Notes under the pieces: model-generated
Database searches by the model: none
The model's input: the letters and a program-made list of their open reading frames with translations, nothing else
Told to the model about the DNA's origin: nothing
Shown: positions 6,841 to 15,740 of the stretch, piece after piece
Layout: each line of letters opens with the position of its first letter
How positions within the stretch are numbered: the first letter of the stretch is position 1
Source: Moraxella nasicaprae
Lineage (GTDB): Bacteria > Pseudomonadota > Gammaproteobacteria > Pseudomonadales > Moraxellaceae
NCBI RefSeq assembly: GCF_025643275.1
Contig: NZ_CP089977.1
Coordinates: 480,001 to 512,000 of the forward strand
Direction: 5' to 3'
DNA: 32,000 nucleotides
Made by a program: the position numbers and the translations under genes

Positions 6841-8686
6841 ATGTCCGACAGTGCAAACAGTATTATGAGCGTGGTTACGCTACTTGGGGCGGCGGTGATT
6901 GCCGTGCCACTTTTTAAACGCTTAAATCTTGGCTCGGTCTTGGGCTATTTGGCGGCGGGGCTTGTGATTGGTCCATTTGGCTTAAAGCTTTTTGATGACC
7001 CACAAGCCATTATCCATTTGGCGGAATGGGGCGTGGTGATGTTTTTGTTCATCATCGGACTTGAAATGAAACCTGCTCATCTGTGGTCGCTACGACACCA
7101 AATCTTTGGCTTGGGGGCGTTGCAGGTATTGACCGCCATCTGTGTTTTGACGCTCATCGGCATCGCTTTTGGGGCAAAATGGCAAGTGGCGTTTGTGGGG
7201 GCATCGGGTTTTGTCTTAACTTCCACCGCCATTGTGATGCAGGTGTTGGGCGAAAAAGGCGAGCTTGCCACACCATCAGGGCAAAAGATGGTGTCTATTT
7301 TGCTGTTTGAAGATTTGATGATTGTTCCGCTTTTGACGATTGTTGCCTTACTTGCCCCCACCGACCCCAATATGAGTGAACATCACAGCTTTGGCTATGC
7401 ACTGGGTTTGGCTATACTATCGCTTGGGACGCTCGTTGTCGTTGGTAAATTTGTCCTAAATCCGATTTTTGGGATTTTGGCAAAATCAAAAGCCCGTGAG
7501 GTGATGACCGCCGCCGCCCTTTTGGTGGTGCTGGGTTCGGCAATTTTAATGGAAAAAGGCGGACTGTCCACCGCAATGGGGGGCGTTTGTCGCTGGTGTG
7601 CTTTTGTCTGAAAGTGTGTTTCGTCATCAGCTAGAAGCAGACATTGAGCCGTTTCGTGGGCTTTTGCTTGGTCTGTTTTTCTTGGGCGTGGGAATGGCAC
7701 TGGATTTGTCGGTGGTCGCCCAAAATTTAGGCTGGATTGTCGCAGGCGTGTTTGCCTTGATGTTTGCCAAAGCCCTTTGTATCTTTATCGTTGCCAAAGT
7801 CGCCAAGCATTCCACAGGCGAGGCGATAGAGCGAGCGGTTTTGATGGCACAAGGGGGCGAGTTTGCTTTTGTGCTGTATTCGGCGGCGGCAAGTCAAGGG
7901 ATTTTGGATAGTACCGTCCACGCCAATCTGACCGCCATTGTGGTACTGTCAATGGTTTTGACACCGCTGTTTTTAATCATTCACGACCGCTTGATTGTCC
8001 CAAGATTAAAAGACCACGCAAACCGTCGTGCCGATGATGAAATCTTAGAACACAAGCCAATCATCGTCATCGGCATGGGGCGTTTTGGGCAAATTGTGGC
8101 GGACATTTTGTTGATGAGCGGTCGTGAATTGACGATTATCGACAAAAACCCTGTGATGGTGGACGGTATGAGTGCCTATGGCGTTAAGACCCATTTTGGT
8201 GATGCCACACGCCCTGAAATGCTACACGCATTGGGGCTTGAAAATGCCAAAATGCTGATTGTCGCCATTGATGATAAGGCACAAGCGGTGCAGATTGTGC
8301 ATTTTGCCAGAAGTGTCAGCCCCCATTTGACCATCATCGCACGAGCCTTTGACCGCATTCATACTTATGATTTGTACAAAGCAGGGGCAAATGAGATTAT
8401 CCGTGAGACCTTTGATGGGGCGGTCAGAACAGGCAAATCCGCTCTAAAAATGAGCGGTATGGATAAGCACAAAGCCGATGAAGTGGCGGATTTATTTTTC
8501 CGCCGTGATAGGGATATGCTCATCAAAATGGTGGAGCATTACGACCCCAATGCAGGACTGTTCCAAAACAAAGCAATGCTTGATGAATCCAAAAAACACG
8601 ATGAAGAAACTCGCCAGATGATACAGGCTCTCATCAATGATGAGGTGGTACTGTGGGAGAATGATGAAAGTGATGATAACGGCTAA
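6841..8686 (+). pseudogene. kefC: KefB/KefC-type glutathione-regulated K+ efflux / CPA2 antiporter with C-terminal KTN (RCK) domain, frameshifted in a G6 run
   Basis: ORFs 6841-7611 and 7598-8686 overlap in different frames. Together they give about 618 aa, which is KefC size. Deleting one G from GGGGGG 7578-7583 reads ...[25 protein letters not shown]... continuously. IVIGMGRFGQ is the NAD-type fold of the KTN domain. Confidence 0.8.
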
Positions 8687-8721
8687 ATCCATCTAACCAC
8701 AATCCAACCATAAGCCACGCT

Positions 8722-8753
8722 AAAACCGCTCAAAATCAATTTGAGCGGTTTTT
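8722..8753 (+). terminator. Rho-independent terminator of the kef gene
   Basis: 13-bp stem AAAACCGCTCAAA / TTTGAGCGGTTTT with loop ATCAA and a T-run. Confidence 0.8.
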
Positions 8754-8836
8754 GTCATCTGACCAGCATGGGACGATGGGAAAAGCTGATAGGTGTGATT
8801 TTTTTCAGGCAGTCTTAAAAAGTTTATTTTACCCAT

Positions 8837-8875
8837 TTTAAAAAGAAAAACACCGCTTTCATCAAAAACGGTGCT
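8837..8875 (-). terminator. Terminator of the aldehyde dehydrogenase gene, sharing a 22-nt tail with the terminator at 11269-11307
   Basis: On the minus strand, a CACCG...CGGTG hairpin is followed by TTTTTCTTTTTAAA. The 22-mer TTTAAAAAGAAAAACACCGCTT (8837-8858) recurs identically at 11269-11290. Confidence 0.45.
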
Positions 8876-8889
8876 TTCCCTGTCAATAA

Positions 8890-10215
8890 TCAAATAATCG
8901 TGCGTTTTACCACTGATTTTTGATGACTGAATGTATAAAAACTGTGCTTGCCGTGATACGCCCCCATTCCACTGTCGCCCACACCGCCAAACGGCAGATT
9001 GGGATTGGAAAAATGAGCCAACACGCTGTTTACCACACCACCGCCAAACGAAATTTGCGACAAGGTTTTTTCAATCGCTTTTTCATCTTGGGCGAACAGA
9101 TACAAAGCAAGCGGTTTGGCTCTTTGACCGACTGTTGCCAATGCCGTATCCAAATCATCAAAACCAAGCACAGGCGTGATTGAGCCAAAAATCTCTTCAT
9201 TCATCACAGGGCTGTCCCACGACACTTCGTCCAGCAAAGTCATCAATATCTGCTGTTTTTCATCATCAAATGCCCCGCCTGCTACGATTTTGCCGTCCGT
9301 CAAAAAGTTTTTTAAGCGTTCATAATGGCGTGGGCTGACAATTTTTGCATAGTCGGTTTGTGCATCAGCAAAAGGATTTTCGCCGAAAGTTTGAATAAGG
9401 GCGTGATTAACCAGTTGAATAAACTCATCTTTAACCGAATTATCAATCAACACATAATCAGGGGCAATGCAGGTTTGACCGCTGTTTAACACCTTGCCAA
9501 AAATCAAAGACTGCACCGCTTCTTGTAAATTGGCACTTTTGTCCACGATAAAGGGGCTTTTGCCACCCAATTCCAGCGTAACAGGCGTTAAATGCTCGCT
9601 TGCCGATTTCATCACGATTTTACCTACCGCCACACTGCCTGTAAAAAAGATGTAATCAAATTTCTCTGCCAACAAGGCTTGGTTGGTCTCAATGCCACCC
9701 TCCACCACCGCAAAAATTTCAGTCTCAAAATAATCCGCTACCAACTTGGCAAGCAATGATGATGTGTTCGGCGTTAATTCAGACGGCTTTAAAATGGCGG
9801 TATTGCCTGCCGAAATCGCCCCAATCACAGGCGACAATGACAATTGCACAGGATAATTCCAAGGCGAAATGTTCAAAGTTACGCCAAAAGGCTCATAAAT
9901 GATTTGGCTTTGATATTCGCCCTTGCCAAAAAACTGCAACTCATCAGGGCTTACCACCGTTTTAGGCTGTGCCAACTCGTGCAAATGCTCGCTCAAAATA
10001 TGAATTTCGTGCAGTAGCGGAGCAATTTCAGACAAATAAGCATGTTCGGTCGGCTTGTTTAAGTCCAATTTTAAGGCTTGCAAAATCGTCTCTTGGTTTT
10101 CAGACAGCATCGCCCCCAAACGGCTTAATTGGGTCTTACGAAACTCAATGGATTTGGTCGCACCACTTTGAAAAAATTGGCGTTGAGCGTGAATAAGTGA
10201 TTGAATGTGGGTCAT
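8890..10215 (-). CDS. NAD(P)-dependent aldehyde dehydrogenase (class-3 / coniferyl-aldehyde-DH-like)
   Basis: ELGGKSP and GQTCIAPDY catalytic motifs. 441 aa. AGGA RBS. Confidence 0.9.
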   Translation of the reverse strand: MTHIQSLIHAQRQFFQSGATKSIEFRKTQLSRLGAMLSENQETILQALKLDLNKPTEHAYLSEIAPLLHEIHILSEHLHELAQPKTVVSPDELQFFGKGEYQSQIIYEPFGVTLNISPWNYPVQLSLSPVIGAISAGNTAILKPSELTPNTSSLLAKLVADYFETEIFAVVEGGIETNQALLAEKFDYIFFTGSVAVGKIVMKSASEHLTPVTLELGGKSPFIVDKSANLQEAVQSLIFGKVLNSGQTCIAPDYVLIDNSVKDEFIQLVNHALIQTFGENPFADAQTDYAKIVSPRHYERLKNFLTDGKIVAGGAFDDEKQQILMTLLDEVSWDSPVMNEEIFGSITPVLGFDDLDTALATVGQRAKPLALYLFAQDEKAIEKTLSQISFGGGVVNSVLAHFSNPNLPFGGVGDSGMGAYHGKHSFYTFSHQKSVVKRTII

Positions 10216-10357
10216 TTTTGATAAATTCCTATGTGGTTAAAAGATGTGTTTATTATAAGTTGTTTGGCAAAACCACTTTAACACAAACCGCCAAAAAATT
10301 TGCCTAATTCTCTAAATTTTTTTATAATCAGCAAAATTATTGCCAAGCAAAACAACA

Positions 10358-11233
10358 ATGCCACAAGAAAAATTATTACAAAAAGTATTGGATTTTTATC
10401 AAAAAAATACCCCAAAAGATACAAATTCAATGCTTGAAACGCCGATTGCCGATTTTGGTATTTTTGTTCGTCATCAAAACGAGCAAAACCACTATGCCTT
10501 GCAACAGGCTGGATTTGTTCTAATTCTCCAAAATCACAAAATCGTACAAATCGGCACAGACCGCCAATTTATCCAACAGGCAGGGCAATACGCTTGTTAT
10601 TCGGTGGCAATGCCGATTGTGTCAGATTATTTTGCAACACCCAATCTGCCTTATGTTGATGTGCGTATGTATTTGGATTTGGTTTTATTACGCCAAGTGG
10701 CACAAGAATTAAAAGAAAACGGCTTTGAATTCGGGCAGATGAATGGGGAAAATGTGGCAAATGCTGGTAATGAACTTATGCAATTGTTTGTTTTATTGCT
10801 AGATTTGTTTGATAAGCCCAAAGACATCGCCATTCTTGCCCCGCCTTTAAAAAAGATGATTTATTACTATCTGCTCACGGGCAAACAAGGGGCAATGCTC
10901 TATGAAATGGTCAATCAAAACAGTCATTTAAATAAAATCACCCAAGCGGTAGATTGGCTCAAACAGCATTATAACGAACCGTTTGATGTTCATCATTTGG
11001 CAAGCCGTTTGGGTATGTCGTCCTCTGGATTTTATGCGTATTTTCGTGAATTTGTCGGCACAAGCCCTTTGCAATATCAAAAAAGCCTGCGTTTATTTGA
11101 AGCCAAACGGCTGATTTTAATCAAAAAAAAGAACCTATCGCAAATCGCTTACGAAGTGGGCTATGAAAGCGTAAGCCAATTTAGCCGTGAATACAAACGG
11201 CAATTTGGGGTAAGTCCGAGTTTGGATAAATAG
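10358..11233 (+). CDS. AraC-family transcriptional regulator, divergent from the ALDH gene
   Basis: C-terminal double HTH: LASRLGMSSSGFYAYFREFVGTSPLQYQ ... IAYEVGYESVSQFSREYKRQFGVSPS. Start taken at ATG 10358; TTG 10340 is also possible. Confidence 0.85.
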   Translation: MPQEKLLQKVLDFYQKNTPKDTNSMLETPIADFGIFVRHQNEQNHYALQQAGFVLILQNHKIVQIGTDRQFIQQAGQYACYSVAMPIVSDYFATPNLPYVDVRMYLDLVLLRQVAQELKENGFEFGQMNGENVANAGNELMQLFVLLLDLFDKPKDIAILAPPLKKMIYYYLLTGKQGAMLYEMVNQNSHLNKITQAVDWLKQHYNEPFDVHHLASRLGMSSSGFYAYFREFVGTSPLQYQKSLRLFEAKRLILIKKKNLSQIAYEVGYESVSQFSREYKRQFGVSPSLDK

Positions 11234-11236
11234 GGT

Positions 11237-11254
11237 TTCAGGCTGCCTGAAAGG
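11237..11254. repeat. Near-perfect palindrome TTTCAGGCTGCCTGAAA containing a Neisseriaceae-DUS-like 12-mer
   Basis: AGGCTGCCTGAA lies at 11240-11251 on the plus strand, and AGGCAGCCTGAA on the minus strand. It sits 4 nt after the AraC stop. A related copy, TTCAGGCAGTCT, lies at 8804-8815. Confidence 0.4.
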
Positions 11255-11268
11255 GTTATTTTGTAAAA

Positions 11269-11307
11269 TTTAAAAAGAAAAACACCGCTTGCCTTTCAAC
11301 AAGCGGT
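11269..11307 (-). terminator. Rho-independent terminator of the MBL hydrolase gene
   Basis: 8-bp stem ACCGCTTG (11284-11291) / CAAGCGGT (11300-11307). On the minus strand it is followed by GTTTTTCTTTTT. Confidence 0.65.
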
Positions 11308-11316
11308 CATTTCCCC

Positions 11317-12159
11317 TTAATTTTTTACCACCGTAAACACCTTATTTTTCAGACGATATTCACTTTTTTCATCGTGGGCAAATTGGATAATGGTTGGCTT
11401 GCGTTTACACAATTCACGCATTTTTGCGGTGCTTTGTTGGTGCAAATGTCCGTCAATGCACACGCCGTCAATGTTACCAGCAAGCATATCTTGTTCGCTG
11501 TATGACGCATCTCCGCCAATCAAAATATCATACTCGCCCATATCCACCACTACCGCCAAATGCCCCAGCGTATGTCCTGCGGTTGGTACAAGGCGGATTT
11601 TGCCGTCTTTGGTCAATTTATGACTTTGTTCAAAACTTTCAAACGCCCCATCATTAAAGGCAATGCCATCAGGCTTAAACCAATCAGGATAGTGCATTGT
11701 TAAATAGCCGTTCATCACCGCATTTGGGGCGTTGATTGCCTGTTTTTCCATCTCACTCATCACAAATCGGCTGTTTGGAAAATGGGCAATACCACCTGCG
11801 TGGTCGCCGTGCATATGGGTCATTACCACCGTGTCAATACGCAGGGGGTCAAAGCCGTTTGCTTTTAAAATTTCGCCCACTTCTTCGTGTTTTTTGACCC
11901 CACGCCGTTCGCAAAACTGCATAAATGGGTGCCACCACGGCTGATAGCCCTTGTCATTGGCACGGCTACTCTCGCCTGTATCCACCAAAATCAACCCTTC
12001 TGGGTGTTCAATCAGCCAGCAACCAATCGGCAGTTTGGGCGACCATTTTTTATCGGTCAGCACATCAAGCACACGGGCAGGACGGGCAAAAAAGCGTGCC
12101 ACTTGATGATGAATTTTGATTTGTACCCAACCTGTTGTCAGACAATGCACTTTAATCAT
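11317..12159 (-). CDS. MBL-fold metallo-hydrolase (AHL-lactonase-like)
   Basis: HMHGDHAGG (HxHxDH) motif, plus later TAGHTLGH and FAHD metal ligands. 280 aa. Confidence 0.85.
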   Translation of the reverse strand: MIKVHCLTTGWVQIKIHHQVARFFARPARVLDVLTDKKWSPKLPIGCWLIEHPEGLILVDTGESSRANDKGYQPWWHPFMQFCERRGVKKHEEVGEILKANGFDPLRIDTVVMTHMHGDHAGGIAHFPNSRFVMSEMEKQAINAPNAVMNGYLTMHYPDWFKPDGIAFNDGAFESFEQSHKLTKDGKIRLVPTAGHTLGHLAVVVDMGEYDILIGGDASYSEQDMLAGNIDGVCIDGHLHQQSTAKMRELCKRKPTIIQFAHDEKSEYRLKNKVFTVVKN

Positions 12160-12196
12160 TTTGTGTTCTCATTAAAAAATCGTGGGCATATTGTAG

Positions 12197-12212
12197 AAAG
12201 TGCGGTCACTTT
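12197..12212. promoter_or_regulatory. Candidate TetR operator palindrome in the MBL/TetR divergent region
   Basis: AAAGTG-CGGT-CACTTT (6+4+6) lies between divergent starts 12159 and 12290. Confidence 0.3.
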
Positions 12213-12289
12213 TCACAAACATTAAAAAGCTCGTATTTGGCTGGATATGCAGATAAAATTAGAAAAATGTATGCTTATTTTGAAAAAAG

Positions 12290-12850
12290 ATGAACGATTT
12301 AAGAGTAATCAAAACCCATCTGGCAATCCAAAGCGCTTTGATTGAATTATTAGATGAAAAGCCGTTTGAAAAAGTGCAAGTACAAGAAATCATTGAAAAA
12401 GCCTTGATTAACCGCACCACTTTTTACCGTTATTATTCGGGCAAAAGCGATTTGGTCGGCAAATTGATAAAAGAAGTGAAAGCGGAATATCAAGACCTGC
12501 TCAAAAAGCGTTTTGAAAGCGACAATTTACTGCGATTTATGCAAACTATCGGCAACCGCTTATTGGAAAAAAGACGGCTGATTTTGGCACTTTGGCAAAT
12601 CAAAACCCCACGCCATCATTTGTATGACGATATGCACAGGCTGTTAAAAAACGCCTTTATCGCCCACGCCAAACGGATAACATCAGATGATAAAAATTGG
12701 GCTGAGAAAAATTGGGATTACCAAGCCCATATTTTTGCCACCATCGCCCTTGAAAGCCATAAATATTATTTTGAACAAGGCAAACTTTTGCCCATTCCAC
12801 AGGTGTTTGAGGCGTGGATAGAAATGGTGCAGGTGTTAAAAAGCGTTTAG
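12290..12850 (+). CDS. TetR/AcrR-family transcriptional regulator
   Basis: N-terminal HTH ...VQVQEIIEKALINRTTFYRYYSGKSDL. 186 aa. Divergent from the MBL hydrolase. Confidence 0.85.
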   Translation: MNDLRVIKTHLAIQSALIELLDEKPFEKVQVQEIIEKALINRTTFYRYYSGKSDLVGKLIKEVKAEYQDLLKKRFESDNLLRFMQTIGNRLLEKRRLILALWQIKTPRHHLYDDMHRLLKNAFIAHAKRITSDDKNWAEKNWDYQAHIFATIALESHKYYFEQGKLLPIPQVFEAWIEMVQVLKSV

Positions 12851-12881
12851 GAGTAGCTGGTAAAATACCACACACAAAAAA

Positions 12882-12902
12882 ACACCATCAAATCGATGGT
12901 GT
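12882..12902. terminator. Bidirectional terminator between convergent genes
   Basis: ACACCATC / GATGGTGT stem flanked by an A-run on the left. Confidence 0.5.
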
Positions 12903-12910
12903 ATATCATA

Positions 12911-13150
12911 TTAAGGTGCGTCTGCGGCGTTTCGCTGGGCATGGTAGCGAGCCTGACCTGTACTTCTTACTTCTGCCTCGTTGTTAGACTGCAATACTGA
13001 CTGGCTCTTTGATACATCTGATTCATCTTGCTGTTTGGTTACGTTCGCTGACTCTGTATCAGCAATCTGAACCGTTTCAGGTTTTGCTTGAGCAACACCA
13101 ATATTGAACACCAACAAAGACATGGTGCTGATAAAAACTTTTTTCATCAT
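12911..13150 (-). CDS. Small secreted acidic/Ser-rich protein, no family recognised
   Basis: Signal peptide MMKKVFISTMSLLVFNIGVAQA. The mature part is low-complexity. Confidence 0.5.
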   Translation of the reverse strand: MMKKVFISTMSLLVFNIGVAQAKPETVQIADTESANVTKQQDESDVSKSQSVLQSNNEAEVRSTGQARYHAQRNAADAP

Positions 13151-13313
13151 TATTTATTTACCTTATTTAAAAAATTAACCACCTGATTAAGGTGTCAATT
13201 TGGATACTGTCTTTGGCATGAAACACACCTTAATCATCTTTTTGCTATTATATGAAAAAAATTTAATTTTGAACAATATTATTTTTGAAAACTTATTTTG
13301 CAAAAATGCAAAC

Positions 13314-13351
13314 ATAAAAAAATACCGCCCATCAGTACGATGAACGGTATT
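13314..13351 (-). terminator. Rho-independent terminator of the MarR/OhrR gene
   Basis: On the minus strand, an ATACCG...CGGTAT hairpin is followed by a T6 run. It lies 15 nt downstream of the stop at 13366. Confidence 0.55.
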
Positions 13352-13365
13352 TTATCAGCGGTGAA

Positions 13366-13779
13366 TTACAATAAGCGGTCGATGACCTTTTTAAACACCG
13401 CCACTTCCTCAGCTGATAAATTGATACAATGACCAATTTCACAAGGAATATGTACAGCTTGATTTTCCAAACGCTGCCCATCATCTGTCAGACTGATGAC
13501 CACGCTTCGTTCGTCTTTTTGGGAGCGTTTGCGTTCTACCAAGCCCTTAGCCTGCAAGCGTTTTAGCAAAGGCGTGAGCGTACCGCTATCCAAATACAGC
13601 TTTTGCCCAATCTCGCCCACACTCTGTTCGCCAAACTCCCACAAAATAAGCATCACCAGATATTGAGGGTAAGTCAAATCCAATTTGTCCAAAAATGGCG
13701 TGTACTGGCGAATGATTTCCTTAGAAATGGCATACAACGGAAAACACAGCTGATTGGTCAGTCTTAATTGTTCATGCAT
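13366..13779 (-). CDS. ohrR: MarR-family regulator of the OhrR (organic hydroperoxide) type
   Basis: NQLCFPLYA sensing-Cys motif, and LTYPQYLVMLILWE...LDSGTLTPLLKRLQAKGLVERKR. Start taken at ATG 13779 (MHEQLRL). Confidence 0.75.
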   Translation of the reverse strand: MHEQLRLTNQLCFPLYAISKEIIRQYTPFLDKLDLTYPQYLVMLILWEFGEQSVGEIGQKLYLDSGTLTPLLKRLQAKGLVERKRSQKDERSVVISLTDDGQRLENQAVHIPCEIGHCINLSAEEVAVFKKVIDRLL

Positions 13780-13861
13780 CGATGATGCTCCAATAAATAA
13801 TAGTGTAAAATTTAATTTTATCAAATTTTATTAGAACATATCAAGTAATTTTCATCATCAT

Positions 13862-14686
13862 TCATAGATGTAAATCATGCCCACATCGGTCGCAAAATTT
13901 AGCATTGGTGGCGTGTCCAAATTTACCACATTTTGGGCAGGAGACAGGTTGTAACTGAGGACGCATTGTTTTGGTTAATTCAGCGGTAAAAATCCCAGTT
14001 GGCACAGCAATGATGGCATAACCTGTAATCATCACCATGCTCGCAATCGCCTGACCAAGCGGTGTTTTTGGCGACATATCGCCATAGCCCACCGTCGTTA
14101 GCGTGACCACCGCCCAATAAATCGATAATGGAATGCTGGTAAAGCCGTTTTCAGGGCCTTCGACCACATACAGCACCGCACCAAAAATCGTCACCAACAA
14201 CAACAAAGATAAGAAAAAAACCGCAATTTTGTGCTGACTGGTCTTAAATGCTGCCGTCAAAAAGCCCGCCTGCTGCATATACGAACGCAAACGAAACACT
14301 CGAAACACTCGCAAAATACGCAAAATACGCACCACCAGCAGATAATGCGTTCCCATAAAAAACAGACTTAGATAGGTCGGTAATAATGCCAACAAATCCA
14401 CCACACCAAAAAAACTGGTGGCATACGCCTTTCTGTTTGGGGCAGAATACAGTCGTAACACATACTCAATCGTGAACAACCCTGTAAAAATCCATTCCGC
14501 ATAAGAGAAAATTCGCCCATACTGCAATCTTAAATACAGCACGCTATCTAACATCACCACCAGCACGCTGGCAATGATTGCAATCAAAATCAAGACATCA
14601 AACAGCTTGCCTGCTGGGGTGTCCGTACCCTCGATGACGACATGAATTTGCTCTTTGAGCGTTTGATTTTTTTGGAATGGTTGCAT
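13862..14686 (-). CDS. Voltage-gated-type (6TM) K+ channel with a C-terminal zinc-ribbon
   Basis: S4 segment VVRILRILRVFRVFRLR, selectivity filter TTVGYGD, C-terminal CPKCG...CDRCG. Confidence 0.85.
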   Translation of the reverse strand: MQPFQKNQTLKEQIHVVIEGTDTPAGKLFDVLILIAIIASVLVVMLDSVLYLRLQYGRIFSYAEWIFTGLFTIEYVLRLYSAPNRKAYATSFFGVVDLLALLPTYLSLFFMGTHYLLVVRILRILRVFRVFRLRSYMQQAGFLTAAFKTSQHKIAVFFLSLLLLVTIFGAVLYVVEGPENGFTSIPLSIYWAVVTLTTVGYGDMSPKTPLGQAIASMVMITGYAIIAVPTGIFTAELTKTMRPQLQPVSCPKCGKFGHATNAKFCDRCGHDLHL

Positions 14687-14702
14687 AAAAGATACTTAAA
14701 TT

Positions 14703-15740
14703 TTATTCAAAAATGGGTTGGGTAAAGGGGGAGAATTGTGCCATCAAACGGTCGTAAGCAAATCTTTCTTGGACATTTTGACCAACGGACAGCTCAATAT
14801 CATCAAGCAATGTGAATAAATCTTGTAAATAATCAAAACCAATGGACAAAGAGCCTACCTGCTCGCTCACTGATAAATCAGCATGCAAACTAGGCAATCC
14901 AAGCAATACTCGCCAAATATCCATCAGCATCGCTCTACTAAGCTGGCAAAACTGTGATAAATTCAGCACTCCTTGCCAATACTCACTGGCGGCGGTGGCG
15001 GTTCGTTGTTGGCGATATAGTGCCACAAAAGTAATCAGCCAAGTTTTGCGATGGGCAAACCACGCCTGATTTGGCAAATCCAATGCCTTTAAGACCGCAC
15101 CATCACTGAGTGTCAGATAGCCATCTGCTTGTACTGCATCAAACCCCTGCCCCATCAGATACGCCATCGCCTCCTGTCTGTCAATGGGGCTTAGTGGCAG
15201 GTACTGTACACGGCTTTTGATGGTTGGTAATAACTTGGCAGGATTATCACTAATGAGTATCAAAAAAACATCATCAGGTGGCTCTTCTAGGGTTTTTAAT
15301 AAAGCATTTGCTGCAGCAACGGTCAGATTTTCAGCATCATCTAGCACCACGATACGCACATTGGCGGACTTGGTCTGACAGTACACTTGCAAATTACGAA
15401 TGTCATCAATCTTAATGCTTTGCGGCTCATCTTCGCTGTTTGGCATGGCAGACGCTGGCAAAACCAGCAAATCAGGGTGAGTGCCACTACTAAGCCAATG
15501 ACAATCATCGCATTGCCCACAGGCGGCATCAGGCGTGCGATTTTGGCACAATAAATACGCCACCAATCGCCAAACAAACGCCCTTTTGCCAATCCCTGCC
15601 ATACCTCCTGCAAGCAAGGCGTGCGATAATCGACGATTGGCAATCTGCCCGACAAGCTGCTGCCATGCCGTAGCTTGCCATGGTAAAATTGGCAAAAAAT
15701 ACGGCAAAGTATTGGTATGATTATCCATATCAACCATCAA
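14703..15740 (-). CDS. holB: DNA polymerase III delta' subunit
   Basis: LPWQ...HALLAGGMAGIGK, Zn module CGQCDDCHW, SRVQ sensor motif. Its ATG overlaps the kdsB stop (ATGA). Confidence 0.85.
   Translation of the reverse strand: MMVDMDNHTNTLPYFLPILPWQATAWQQLVGQIANRRLSHALLAGGMAGIGKRAFVWRLVAYLLCQNRTPDAACGQCDDCHWLSSGTHPDLLVLPASAMPNSEDEPQSIKIDDIRNLQVYCQTKSANVRIVVLDDAENLTVAAANALLKTLEEPPDDVFLILISDNPAKLLPTIKSRVQYLPLSPIDRQEAMAYLMGQGFDAVQADGYLTLSDGAVLKALDLPNQAWFAHRKTWLITFVALYRQQRTATAASEYWQGVLNLSQFCQLSRAMLMDIWRVLLGLPSLHADLSVSEQVGSLSIGFDYLQDLFTLLDDIELSVGQNVQERFAYDRLMAQFSPFTQPIFE

Noticed and set aside
6841-8686. Reading the two kef ORFs as separate genes for a membrane subunit and a KTN subunit
   Set aside because: The ORFs overlap. 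The second has only a GTG inside the first and no RBS. Removing one G restores a continuous conserved TM segment, so this is one gene with a frameshift.
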